Source: Eledone cirrhosa (lineage: Eukaryota). From it: 64,000 nucleotides of DNA. The notes under the pieces are model-generated. The model was not told the DNA's origin, searched no databases, and was given only the letters and a program-made list of their open reading frames with translations. This document shows, piece after piece, positions 12,101 through 25,000 of the stretch. The DNA lies in contig OZ024744.1 in the NCBI GenBank assembly GCA_964016885.1, positions 25,730,001 through 25,794,000 of the forward strand. Reading direction: 5' to 3'. The position numbers were made by a program, and so were the translations under genes. Numbering within the stretch: position 1 is the first letter of the stretch; every line of letters begins with the position of its first letter.

Positions 12101-15100
12101 GTGGTTGTTAGTGGTTGTTAGCGGTTGTTAGGGTTGTTAGTGGTTGTTAGTGTTGTTAGTGGTTGTTAGTGGTTGTTAGTAGTTGTTAGTGGTTGTTAGT
12201 GGTTGTTAGTAGTTGTTAGTGGTTGTTAGTGTTTGTTAGTGGTTGTTAGAGGTTGTTAATGGTTGTTAGTAGTTGTTAGTGGTTGTTAGTGGTTGTTTGT
12301 AGTTGTTAGTGGTTGTTAGTGGTTGTTAGTGGTTGTTAGTGGTTGAAATGGTCGTTAGTGTTTGTTAATGGTTGTTAGTAGTTGTTAGTGGTTGTTAATG
12401 GTTGTTAGTGGTTGTTAGTGGTTGTTAGTGGTTGTTAGTAATTGTTATTGGTCGTTAGTGGTTGTTAATGGTTGTTAGTAGTTGTTGGTGGTTGTTAGTG
12501 GTTGTTAGTGTTTGTTAGTGGTTGTTAGTGGTTGTTAGTAGTTGTTAGTGATTGTTAGTGGTTGTTAGTGGTTGTTTGTGGTTGTTAATGGTTGTTAGTG
12601 GTTGTTAGTGGTTCTAGTGTTGTTAGTGGTTGTTAGTGGTTGTGATTGGTTGTTAGTGGTTGTTAGCAGTTGTTAGTGGTTGTTAGTGTTGTTAGGGGTT
12701 GTTAGTGGTTGTTAGTAGTTGTTAGTGGTTCTTTGTAGTTGTTAGTGGTTGTTAGTAGTTGTTAGTGGTTGTTAGTGGTTGTTAGTGGTTGTTAGTAGTT
12801 GTTAGTGGTTGTTAGTGGTTGTTAGTGGTTGTGAGTGGTTGTTAGTAATTGTTATTTGTCGTTAGTAATTGTTATTGGTCGTTTGTGGTGGTTAGTGGTT
12901 GTTAGTGGTTGTCAGTGGTTGTTAGTAGTTGTTAGTGGTTGTTAGCTGTTTGTTAGTGGTTGTTAGTGATTGTTTGTTGTTGTTAATGGTTATTAGTGGT
13001 TGTTAGTAGTTGTTAGTGGTTGTTAGTGGTTGTTAGTGGTTGTGAGTGGTTGTTAGTAATTGTTATTTGTCGTTAGTGGTTGTTAATGTTTGTTAGTAGT
13101 TGTTAGTGGTTGTTAGTGGTTGTTAGTGGTTGTTAGTGGTTGTTAGCGGTTGTTAGTGGTTGTTAGTGTTGTTAGTGGTTGTTAGTGGTTATTACTGGTT
13201 GTTAGTATTTGTTAGAGCTTGGTGGTGGTTGTTAGTGGTTGTTAGTGGTGTTAGTAGTTGTTAGTGGTTGTTATTGGTTGTTAGTGGTTGTTAGTGGTTG
13301 TTAGTGGTTGTTAGATGTTGTTAATGGTTGTTAGTGGTTGTTAGTGGTTGTTAGTAATATTTAGTGGTTGTTAGTGGTTGTTAGTGGTTGTTAGTGGTTG
13401 TTAGTAGTTGTTCGTGGTTGTTAGTGGTTGTTAGTAGTTGTTATTGGTTGTTATTGGTTGTTAGTGGTTGTTAGTGGTTGTTAGATGTTGTTAGTGGTTG
13501 TTAGTGATTGTTAGTGGTTGTTAGTGGTTGTTAGTGGTTGTTAGCTGTTGTTAGTGGCTGTTAGTGTTGTTAGTGGCTGTTAGTGGTTGTTAGTGATTGT
13601 TAGCGGTTGTTAGTGGTTCTTGGTGTTGTTAGTGGTTGTTAGTGGGTGTTACTGGTTGTTAGTAGTTGTTACAGCTTGGTAGTGGTTGTTAGTGGATTGT
13701 TAGTGGTTGTTAGTTGTTGTTAGTGGTTGTTAGTGGTTGTTAGTGGTTGTTAGTGGTTGCTAGTAGTTGTTAGTGGTTGTTATTGGTTGTTAGTGGTTGT
13801 TAGTGGTTTTTAATAGTTGTTCGTGATTGTTAGTGGTTGTTAGTGGTTGTTAGTGGTTGTTAGTGGTTCTTAGTTGTTGTTAGTGGTTGTTAGTGGTTGT
13901 TAGTGGTTGTTAATATTTGTTAATGTTTGATAATCGTTGTTAATGGTTGTTAGTGGTTGTTAGTGGTTGTTAGTGGTTGTTAGTGGATGTTAGTGTATGT
14001 TAGTGGATGTTAGTAGTTGTTAATGGTTGTTAGTGGTTGATAGTGGTTGTTGTTGGTTGTTAGTGGTTGTTAGTGATTGTCAGTGGTTGTTAGTTGTTGT
14101 TAGTAATTGTTATTGGTCGTTAGTGGTTGTTAATGTTTGTTAGTAGTTGTTAGTAGTTGTTAGTGGTTGTTAGTGTTTGTTAGTGGTTGTTAGTAGTTGT
14201 TAGTGGTTGTTAGTGGTTGTTAGTAATTGTTATTGGTCGTTAGTGGTTGTTAATTGTTGTTAGTATTTGTTAGTGGTTGTTAGTGGTTGTTAGTGGTTGT
14301 TAGTTGTTGTTACTAGTTGTTAGTGGTTGTTAGTGGTTGTTTGTGGTTGTTAGTGTTGTTAGTGGTTGTTAGTGGTTGTTAGTGGTTGTTAGTGGATGGT
14401 AGTGGTTGTTAGTGGTTGTTAGTAGTTGTTAGTGGTTGTTAGTGGTTGTTAGTGGTTGTTAATGGTTGGAAGTGGTTGTTAGTAGTTGTTAGTGGTTGTT
14501 AGTGTTTGTTAGTGGTTGTTAATGGTTGTTAGTAGTTGTTAGTAGTTGTCAGAGGTTGTTAGTGGTTGTTAGTGGTTGTTAGTGGTTGTTAGTTGTTGTT
14601 AGTGGTTGTTAGTAGTTGTTATTGGTCGTTAGTGGTTGCTAATGATTATTAGTAGTTGTTAGTGGTTGTTAGTGGTTGGTAGTGGTTGTTAGTGGTTGTT
14701 AGTGGTTGTTAGTGGTTGTTAGTGGTTGTTAGTGGTTGTTAGTGGTTGTTAGTAGTTGTTAGTGGTTGTTAGTGGTTGTTACTGATTGTCAGTGGTTGTT
14801 AGTGGTTGTTAGTAATTGTTATTGGTCGTTAGTGGTTGTTAATGTTTGTTAGTAGTTGTTACTGGTTGTTCGTGGTTGTTAGTGGTTGTTAGTGGTTGTT
14901 AGTGGTTGTTAGTGGTTGTTAGCAGTTGTTATTGGTTTTTAGTATTGTTAGTGGTTGTTAGTGGTTGTTAGTGGTTGTTAGTAGTTGTTAGAACTTGTTA
15001 GTGGTTGTTAATGGTTGTTAATGGTTGTTAGTGGTTGTTAGTGGTTGTTAGTAGTTGTTAGTGGTTGTTAGTTGTTGTTTGTGGTTGTTAGTGGTTGTTA

Positions 15101-18100
15101 GTGACGATTAGTGTTGTTAGTGATTGTTAGTGGTTGTTAGTGGTTGTTAGTGGTTGTTAGTGGTTGTTAGTGGTTGTTAGTGGATGTTAGTAGTTGTTAA
15201 TGGTTGTTAGTGGTTGTTAGTGGTTGGTAGTAGTTGTTAATGCTTGATAATGGTTGTTAGTTGTTGTTAGTGGTTGATAGTAGTTGTTAGTGGTTGTTAG
15301 TAGATGTAAGTTGTTAGTGGATGTTAGTGGATGTTAGTAGTTGTTGATGGTTGTTAGTGGTTGTTAGTGGTTGTTAGTGGTTGTTAGCGGTTGTTAGTGG
15401 CTGTTAGTGTTGTTAGAGGTTGTTAGCGGTTGTTACTGGTTGTTAGTAGTTGTTAGAACTTGGTAGTGGTTGTTAGTGGTTGTTAGTGGTTGTTAGTAGT
15501 TGTTAGTGGTTGTCATTGTTTTGTTAGTGGTTGCTAGTGGTTGTTAGTGGTTGTTAGATGTTGTTAGTGGTTGTTAGTGGTTGTTAGTGGTTGTTAGTAG
15601 TTGTTAGTGGTTGTTAGTGGTTGTTTGTGGTTGTTAGTGGTTGTTGCTAGTTGTTCGTGGTTGTTAGTGTTTGTTAGTGGTTGTTAGTGGTTATTAGTGG
15701 TTGTTTGTGGTTGTTACTGGTTGTTAGTGGTTGTTAGAGCTTGGTAGTGGTTGTTAGTGGTTGTTAGTGGTTGTTAGTAATTGTTAGTGGTTGTTAGTGG
15801 TTGTTAGTGGTCGTTAGTGGTTGTTAGTGGATGTTAGTAGTTGTTAATTGTTGTTAGTGGTTGTTAGTGGTTGTTAGTAGTTGTTAGTGGTTGTTAGTAT
15901 TTGTTAACGTTTGATAATGGTTGTTAGTGGTTGTTAGTGGTTGTTAGTAGTTGTAAGTGGTTGTTAGTGGTTGTTTGTGGTTGTTAGTAGTTGTTAGTGG
16001 TTGTTAGTAGTTGTTAATGTTTGATAATGTTTGTTAGTAGTTGTTAGTGGTTGTTAGTGGTTGTTAGTGGTTGTTAGTGGTTGTTAATGGTTGTTAGTGG
16101 TTGTTAGTATTTGTTAGTGGTTGTTAGTGGTTGTTAATGGTTGTTATAGGTTGTTAGTAGTTGTTAGTTGTTGTTAGTTGTTGTTAGTGGTTGTTAGTGG
16201 TTGTTAGTGGTTGTTAGTAGTTGTTAGTGGTTGTTATTGGTTGTTAGTGGTTCTTAGTGTTTGTTAGTCGTTGTTAGCGCTTGTTAGTGATTGTTAGTGT
16301 TGTTAGTGGTTGTTAGTGGTTGTTAGAGCTTGGTAGTGGTTGTTAGTGATTGTTAGTGGTTGTTAGTAGTTGTTAGTAGTTGTTAGAGGTTGTTAGTGGT
16401 TGTTAGTGGTTGTTAGTGGTTGTTAGTTGTTGTTAGTGGTTGTTAGTAGTTGTTATTGGTCGTTAGTGGTTGCTAATGATTATTAGTAGTTGTTAGTGGT
16501 TGTTAGTGGTTGGTAGTGGTTGTTAGTGGTTGTTAGTGGTTGTTAGTGGTTGTTAGTGGTTGTCAATGTTTGTTAGTGGTTGCTAGTGGTTGTTAGTGGT
16601 TGTTAGATGTTGTTAGTGGTTGTTAGTGGTTTTTAGTGGTTGTTAGTAGTTGTTAGTGGTTGTTAGTGGTTGTTTGTGGTTGTTAGTGGTTGTTGCTAGT
16701 TGTTCGTGGTTGTTAGTGTTTGTTAGTGGTTGTTAGTGGTTATTAGTGGTTGTTTGTGGTTGTTACTGGTTGTTAGTGGTTGTTAGAGCTTGGTAGTGGT
16801 TGTTAGTGGTTGTTAGTGGTTGTTAGTAATTGTTAGTGGTTGTTAGTGGTTGTTAGTGGTTGTTAGTGGTTGTTAGTGGATGTTAGTAGTTGTTAATGGT
16901 TGTTAGTGGTTGTTAGTGGTTGTTAGTAGTTGTTAGTGGTTGTTAGTATTTGTTAACGTTTGATAATGGTTGTTAGTGGTTGTTAGTGGTTGTTAGTAGT
17001 TGTTAGTGGTTGTTAGTGGTTGTTTGTGGTTGTTAGTAGTTGTTAGTGGTTGTTAGTAGTTGTTAATGTTTGATAATGTTTGTTAGTAGTTGTTAGTGGT
17101 TGTTAGTGGTTGTTAGTGGTTGTTAGTGGTTGTCAATGGTTGTTAGTGGTTGTTAGTATTTGTTAGTGGTTGTTAGTGGTTGTTAATGGTTGTTATTGGT
17201 TGTTAGTAGTTGTTAGTTGTTGTTAGTTGTTGTTAGTGGTTGTTAGTGGTTGTTAGTGGTTGTTAGTAGTTGTTAGTGGTTGTTATTGGTTGTTAGTGGT
17301 TCTTAGTGTTTGTTAGTCGTTGTTAGCGCTTGTTAGTGATTGTTAGTGTTGTTAGTGGTTGTTAGTGGTTGTTAGAGCTTGGTAGTGGTTGTTAGTGGTT
17401 GTTAGTGGTTGTTAGTAGTTGTTAGTAGTTGTTAGAGGTTGTTAGTGGTTGTTAGTGGTTGTTAGTGGTTGTTAGTTGTTGTTAGTGGTTGTTAGTAGTT
17501 GTTATTGGTCGTTAGTGGTTGCTAATGATTATTAGTAGTTGTTAGTGGTTGTTAGTGGTTGGTAGTGGTTGTTAGTGGTTGTTAGTGGTTGTTAGTAGTT
17601 GTTAGTGGTTGTCAATGTTTGTTAGTGTTTGCTAGTGGTTGTTAGTGGTTGTTAGATGTTGTTAGTGGTTGTTAGTGGTTGTTAGTGGTTGTTAGTAGTT
17701 GTTAGTGGTTGTTAGTGGTTGTTTGTGGTTGTTAGTGGTTGTTAGTGGTTGTTAGTGGTTGTTAGTGGTTGTTAGTGGTTGTTATTGGTTGTTACTGTTT
17801 GTTAGTGGTTGTTAGAGCTTGGTAGTGGTTGTTAGTGGTTGTTAGTGGTTGTTAGTTGTTGTTAGTGGTTGTTAGTGGTTGTTAGTGGTTGTTAGAGGTT
17901 GTTAGTGGTTGTTAGTGGATGTTAGTAGTTGTTAATGGTTGTTAGTGGTTGTTAGTAGTTGTTAATGTTTGATAATGGTTGTTAGTGGTTGTTAGTGGTT
18001 GTTAGTATTTGTTAGTGGTTGTTAGTGGTTGTTTGTGGTTGTTAGTAGTTGTTAGTGGTTGTTAGTAGTTGTTAATGTTTGATAATGGTTGTTAGTAGTT

Positions 18101-21100
18101 GTTAGTGGTTGTTAGTGGTTGTTAGTGGTTGTTAGTGGTTGTTAGTGGTTGTTAATGGTTGTTAGTGGTTGTTAGTATTTGTTAGTGGTTGTTAGTGGTT
18201 GTTAATGGTTGTTAGTGTTTGTTAGTAGTTGTAAGTGGTTGTTAGTGGTTGTTAGTGATTTTTAGTGGTTGTTAGTCGTTGTTAGTAGTTGTTAGTGCTT
18301 GTTATTGGTTGTTAGTGGTTCTTAGTGTTTGTTAGTCGTTGTTAGCGCTTGTTAGTGATTGTTAGTGTTGTTAGTGGTTGTTAGTGGTTGTTAGTAGTTG
18401 TTAGTAGTTGTTAGTGGTTGTTAGTAGTTGTTATTGGTCGGTAGTGGTTGCTAATGATTATTAGTAGTTGTTACTGGTTGTTAGTGGTTGGTAGTGGTTG
18501 TTAGTGGTTCTTAGTGGTTCTTAGTGGTTGTTAGTGGTTGTTAGTGGTTGTTGGTAGTTGTTAGTGGTTGTTAGTGGTTGTTATTGATTGTCAGTGGTTG
18601 TTAGTGGTTGTTAGTAATTGTTATTGGTCGTTAGTGATTGTTAATGTTTATTAGTAGTTGTTACTGGTTGTTCGTGGTTGTTAGTGGTTGTTAGTGGTTG
18701 TTAGTGGTTGTTAGTGGTTGTTAGCGGTTGTTAATGGTTGTTAGTGGTTGTTAGTGGTTGTTAGTGGTTGTTAGCGGTTGTTAGGGTTGTTAGTGGTTGT
18801 TAGTGTTGTTAGTGGTTGTTAGTGGTTGTTAGTAGTTGTTAGTGGTTGTTAGTGGTTGTTAGTAGTTGTTAGTGGTTGTTAGTGTTTGTTAGTGGTTGTT
18901 AGAGGTTGTTAATGGTTGTTAGTAGTTGTTAGTGGTTGTTAGTGGTTGTTTGTAGTTGTTAGTGGTTGTTAGTGGTTGTTAGTGGTTGTTAGTGGTTGAA
19001 ATGGTCGTTAGTGTTTGTTAATGGTTGTTAGTAGTTGTTAGTGGTTGTTAATGGTTGTTAGTGGTTGTTAGTGGTTGTTAGTGGTTGTTAGTAATTGTTA
19101 TTGGTCGTTAGTGGTTGTTAATGGTTGTTAGTAGTTGTTGGTGGTTGTTAGTGGTTGTTAGTGTTTGTTAGTGGTTGTTAGTGGTTGTTAGTAGTTGTTA
19201 GTGCTTGTTATTGGTTGTTAGTGGTTCTTAGTGTTTGTTAGTCGTTGTTAGCGCTTGTTAGTGATTGTTAGTGTTGTTAGTGGTTGTTAGTGGTTGTTAG
19301 TAGTTGTTAGTAGTTGTTAGTGGTTGTTAGTAGTTGTTATTGGTCGGTAGTGGTTGCTAATGATTATTAGTAGTTGTTACTGGTTGTTAGTGGTTGGTAG
19401 TGGTTGTTAGTGGTTCTTAGTGGTTCTTAGTGGTTGTTAGTGGTTGTTAGTGGTTGTTGGTAGTTGTTAGTGGTTGTTAGTGGTTGTTATTGATTGTCAG
19501 TGGTTGTTAGTGGTTGTTAGTAATTGTTATTGGTCGTTAGTGGTTGTTAATGTTTATTAGTAGTTGTTACTGGTTGTTCGTGGTTGTTAGTGGTTGTTAG
19601 TGGTTGTTAGTGGTTGTTAGTGGTTGTTAGCGGTTGTTAATGGTTGTTAGTGGTTGTTAGTGGTTGTTAGTGGTTGTTAGCGGTTGTTAGGGTTGTTAGT
19701 GGTTGTTAGTGTTGTTAGTGGTTGTTAGTGGTTGTTAGTAGTTGTTAGTGGTTGTTAGTGGTTGTTAGTAGTTGTTAGTGGTTGTTAGTGTTTGTTAGTG
19801 GTTGTTAGAGGTTGTTAATGGTTGTTAGTAGTTGTTAGTGGTTGTTAGTGGTTGTTTGTAGTTGTTAGTGGTTGTTAGTGGTTGTTAGTGGTTGTTAGTG
19901 GTTGAAATGGTCGTTAGTGTTTGTTAATGGTTGTTAGTAGTTGTTAGTGGTTGTTAATGGTTGTTAGTGGTTGTTAGTGGTTGTTAGTGGTTGTTAGTAA
20001 TTGTTATTGGTCGTTAGTGGTTGTTAATGGTTGTTAGTAGTTGTTGGTGGTTGTTAGTGGTTGTTAGTGTTTGTTAGTGGTTGTTAGTGGTTGTTAGTAG
20101 TTGTTAGTGATTGTTAGTGGTTGTTAGTGGTTGTTTGTGGTTGTTAATGGTTGTTAGTGGTTGTTAGTGGTTCTAGTGTTGTTAGTGGTTGTTAGTGGTT
20201 GTGATTGGTTGTTAGTGGTTGTTAGCAGTTGTTAGTGGTTGTTAGTGTTGTTAGGGGTTGTTAGTGGTTGTTAGTAGTTGTTAGTGGTTCTTTGTAGTTG
20301 TTAGTGGTTGTTAGTAGTTGTTAGTGGTTGTTAGTGGTTGTTAGTGGTTGTTAGTAGTTGTTAGTGGTTGTTAGTGGTTGTTAGTGGTTGTGAGTGGTTG
20401 TTAGTAATTGTTATTTGTCGTTAGTAATTGTTATTGGTCGTTTGTGGTGGTTAGTGGTTGTTAGTGGTTGTCAGTGGTTGTTAGTAGTTGTTAGTGGTTG
20501 TTAGCTGTTTGTTAGTGGTTGTTAGTGATTGTTTGTTGTTGTTAATGGTTATTAGTGGTTGTTAGTAGTTGTTAGTGGTTGTTAGTGGTTGTTAGTGGTT
20601 GTGAGTGGTTGTTAGTAATTGTTATTTGTCGTTAGTGGTTGTTAATGTTTGTTAGTAGTTGTTAGTGGTTGTTAGTGGTTGTTAGTGGTTGTTAGTGGTT
20701 GTTAGCGGTTGTTAGTGGTTGTTAGTGTTGTTAGTGGTTGTTAGTGGTTATTACTGGTTGTTAGTATTTGTTAGAGCTTGGTGGTGGTTGTTAGTGGTTG
20801 TTAGTGGTGTTAGTAGTTGTTAGTGGTTGTTATTGGTTGTTAGTGGTTGTTAGTGGTTGTTAGTGGTTGTTAGATGTTGTTAATGGTTGTTAGTGGTTGT
20901 TAGTGGTTGTTAGTAATATTTAGTGGTTGTTAGTGGTTGTTAGTGGTTGTTAGTGGTTGTTAGTAGTTGTTCGTGGTTGTTAGTGGTTGTTAGTAGTTGT
21001 TATTGGTTGTTATTGGTTGTTAGTGGTTGTTAGTGGTTGTTAGATGTTGTTAGTGGTTGTTAGTGATTGTTAGTGGTTGTTAGTGGTTGTTAGTGGTTGT

Positions 21101-22080
21101 TAGCGGTTGTTAGTGGCTGTTAGTGTTGTTAGTGGCTGTTAGTGGTTGTTAGTGATTGTTAGCGGTTGTTAGTGGTTCTTGGTGTTGTTAGTGGTTGTTA
21201 GTGGTTGTTACTGGTTGTTAGTAGTTGTTACAGCTTGGTAGTGGTTGTTAGTGGATTGTTAGTGGTTGTTAGTTGTTGTTAGTGGTTGTTAGTGGTTGTT
21301 AGTGGTTGTTAGTGGTTGCTAGTAGTTGTTAGTGGTTGTTATTGGTTGTTAGTGGTTGTTCGTGGTTTTTAATAGTTGTTCGTGATTGTTAGTGGTTGTT
21401 AGTGGTTGTTAGTGGTTGTTAGTGGTTCTTAGTTGTTGTTAGTGGTTGTTAGTGGTTGTTAGTGGTTGTTAATATTTGTTAATGTTTGATAATCGTTGTT
21501 AATGGTTGTTAGTGGTTGTTAGTGGTTGTTAGTGGTTGTTAGTGGATGTTAGTGTATGTTAGTGGATGTTAGTAGTTGTTAATGGTTGTTAGTGGTTGAT
21601 AGTGGTTGTTGTTGGTTGTTAGTGGTTGTTAGTGATTGTCAGTGGTTGTTAGTTGTTGTTAGTAATTGTTATTGGTCGTTAGTGGTTGTTAATGTTTGTT
21701 AGTAGTTGTTAGTAGTTGTTAGTGGTTGTTAGTGTTTGTTAGTGGTTGTTAGTAGTTGTTAGTGGTTGTTAGTGGTTGTTAGTAATTGTTATTGGTCGTT
21801 AGTGGTTGTTAATTGTTGTTAGTATTTGTTAGTGGTTGTTAGTGGTTGTTAGTGGTTGTTAGTTGTTGTTACTAGTTGTTAGTGGTTGTTAGTGGTTGTT
21901 TGTGGTTGTTAGTGTTGTTAGTGGTTGTTAGTGGTTGTTAGTGGTTGTTAGTGGATGGTAGTGGTTGTTAGTGGTTGTTAGTGGTTGTTAGTGGTTGTTA
22001 ATGGTTGGAAGTGGTTGTTAGTAGTTGTTAGTGGTTGTTAGTGTTTGTTAGTGGTTGTTAATGGTTGTTAGTAGTTGTTA
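200..22080 (+). repeat. Higher-order repeat (about 6.5-7.7 kb, about 3 copies) within the 10-mer satellite
   Basis: Rare variants recur at fixed offsets: GACGATTAG at 1928/8450/15103 and GTAAG (in AGATGTAAG) at 2131/8653/15306 (offsets 6522, 6653); GAAATGG at 4664/12345/18998; CAGCTTGG at 5921/13672/21231. Boundaries approximate. Confidence 0.9.
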
Positions 22081-25000
22081 GTAGTTGTCAGAGATTGTTA
22101 GTGGTTGTTAGTGGTTGTTAGCAGTTGTTAGTGATTGTTAGTGTTGTTAGTGGTTGTTAGTGGTTGTTAGTAGTTGTTAGTGGTTGTTAGTGTTTGTTAG
22201 TGGTCGTTAGTGGTTGTTAGTGGTTGTTAGCGGTTGTTAGTGTTTGTTAGTGTTGTTAGTGGTTGTTAGTGGTTGTTAGTAGTTGTTAGAGGTAGTTAAT
22301 GGTGGTTAGTGGTTGTTAGTGGTTGTTAGTGGTTTTTAGTGGTTGTTAGTAGTTGTTAGTAGTTGTTAGAGGTTGTTAGTGATTGTTAGTGGTTGTTAAT
22401 GATTATTAGTAGTTGTTCGTGGTTGTTAGTGGTTGTTAGTAGTTGTTAGTGGTTGTTAGTGGTTGTTATTGATTGTCAGCGGTTGTTAGTGGTTGTTAGT
22501 AATTGTTATTGGTCGTTAGTGGTTGTTAATGTTTGTTAGTAGTTGTTAGTGGTTGTTAGTGGTTGTTAGTGGTTGTTAGTAGTTGTTAGAGGTTGTTAGT
22601 CGTGGTTAGTGGTTGTTAGTGGTTGTTAGTGGTTTTTAGTGGTTGTTAGTAGTTGTTAGTAGTTGTTAGAGGTTGTTAGTGGTTGTTAGTGGTTGTTAGC
22701 GGTTGTTAGTGATTGTTAGTGTTGTTAGTGGTTGTTAGTGACTGCTTGTTAGTAGTTGTTAGTAGTTGTTAGAGGTTGTTAGTGGTTGTTAGTGGTTGTT
22801 AGTGGCTGTTAGAGGTTGTTAGTGGTTTTTAGTAGTTGTTAGTGGCTGTTAGTAATTGTTAGTGGTTGTTAGTAGTTGTTAATGATTATTAGTAGTTGTT
22901 CGTGGTTGTTAGTGGTTGTTAGTGGTTGTTAGTGGTTGTTAGTGGTTGTTAGTGGTTGTTAGTAGTTGTTAGTGGTTGTTAGTGGATGTTATTGATTGTC
23001 AGCGGTTGTCAGTGGTTGTTAGTAATTGTTATTAGTCGTTAGTGGTTGTTAATTTTTCTTAGTAGTTGTTAGTGGTTGTTAGTGGTTGTTAGTGGTTGTT
23101 AGTGGTTGTTAGTAGTTGTTAGTGATTGTTAGTGGTTGTTAGTGGGTGTTAGTGGTTGGTAGTGATTGGTAGTGGTTGTTAGTGTTGTTAGTGGTTGTTA
23201 GTGGTTGTTATTAGTTGTTAGTGGTTGTTACTGGTTGTTAGTGGTTGTTAGTGTTTGTTAGTGGTTGTGAGTGGTTGTTAGTGGATGTTACTCGTTGTTA
23301 GTGGTTGTTAGTGGTTGTTAGTGATTATTAGTTGTTGTTAATGTTTGTTAATTGTTGTTAGCGGTTGTTAGTGGTTGTTAGTGGTTGTTAGTGTTTGTTA
23401 GTGGTTGTTAGTGGTTGTTAGTAGTTGTTAGTGATTGTTAGTGGTTGTTAGTGGTTGTTTGTGGTTGTTAATGTGTGTTAGTGGTTGTTAGTAGTTGTTA
23501 GTGGTTGTTTGTGGTTGTTAGTGGTTCTAGTGTTGTTAGTGCTTGTTAGTGGTTGTTAGTGGTTGTTAGTGGTTGTTAGTGGTTGTTAGTGGTAGTTAGC
23601 GGTTGTTAGTGGTTGTTAGTGTTGTTAGTGGTTGTTAGTGGTTGTTAGTAGTTGTTAGTGGTTGTTAGTAGTTGTTAGTGGTTGTTAGTGTTTGTTAGTA
23701 GTTGTTAGTGGTTGTTAGTAGTTGTTAGTGGTTGTTAGTAATTGATATTGGTCGTAAGTGGTTGTTAATGGTTGTTAGTAGTGGTTAGTGGTTGTTAGTG
23801 GTCGTTAGTGATTGTTAGTGGTTGTTAGTGGTTGTTAGTAGTTGTCAGTGGTTGTTAGTGTTTGTTAGTGGTTGTTAGTGGTTGTTTGTGGTTGTTAGTG
23901 GTTATTATTGGTTGTTAGTAGTTGTTAGTGGTTGTTAGTGTTTGTTAGTGGTTGTTAGTAATTGTTATTGGTCGTTAGGGGTTGATAATGGTTGTTAGTA
24001 GTTGTTAGTGGTTGTTAGTGGTTGTTAGTAATTGTTATTGGTCGTTAGTGGTTGTTAATTGTTGTTAGTATTTGTTAGTGGTTGTTAGTGGTTGTTAGTG
24101 GTTGTTAGTTGTTGTTAGTAGTTGTTAGTGGTTGTTAGTGGTTGTTAGTGGTTGTTAGTGGTTGTTAATGGTTGGAAGTGGTTGTTAGTAGTTGTTAGTG
24201 ATTGTTATTGGTTGTTCGTGGTTGTTAGTGGTTGTTAGTGGTTGTTAGTGTTGTGAGTGGTTGTTAGTGGTTGTTAGTGGTTGTTAGTGGTTGTTAATGG
24301 CTGCTAGTGGTTGTTAGTGCTTGTTAGTAGTTGTTAGTGATTGCTAGGGTTTGTTAGTGGTTGTTAGTGGTTGGTAGTGATTGGTAGTGGTTGTTAGTGT
24401 TGTTAGTGGTTGTTAGTGGTTGTTATTAGTTGTTAGTGGTTGTTAGTGGTTGTTAGTGGTTGTTAGTGGTTGTTAGTGGTTGTGAGTGGTTGTTAGTGGA
24501 TGTTAATCGTTGTTAGTGGTTGTTAGTGGTTGTTAGTGATTGTTAATGGTTATAAATGTTTGTTAGTAGTTGTTAGTGGTTGTTAATGTTTGTCAGTGTT
24601 TGTTAGTGGTTGTTAGTGGTTGATCGTGTTTGTTAGTGGTTGCTAGTGGTTGTTAGTGGATGTTAATCGTTGTTAGTGGTTTTTAGTAGTTGTTAGTGGT
24701 TGGTAGTGATTGTTAGTGTTGTTAGTGGTTGTAGTGGTTGTTAGTAGTTGTTAGTGGTTGTTAGTGGTTGTTAATGTTTGTTAGTGCTTGTTAGTGTTTG
24801 TTAGTGGTTGTTAGTGGTTGTTAGTAGTTGTTAGAGATTGTTAGTGGTTGTTAGTGGTTGTTAGCGGTTGTTAGTGATTGTTAGTGTTGTTAGTGGTTGT
24901 TAGTGACTGCTTGTTAGTAGTTGTTAGTAGTTGTTAGAGGTTGTTAGTGGTTGTTAGTGGTTGTTAGTGGCTGTTAGAGGTTGTTAGTGGTTTTTAGTAG

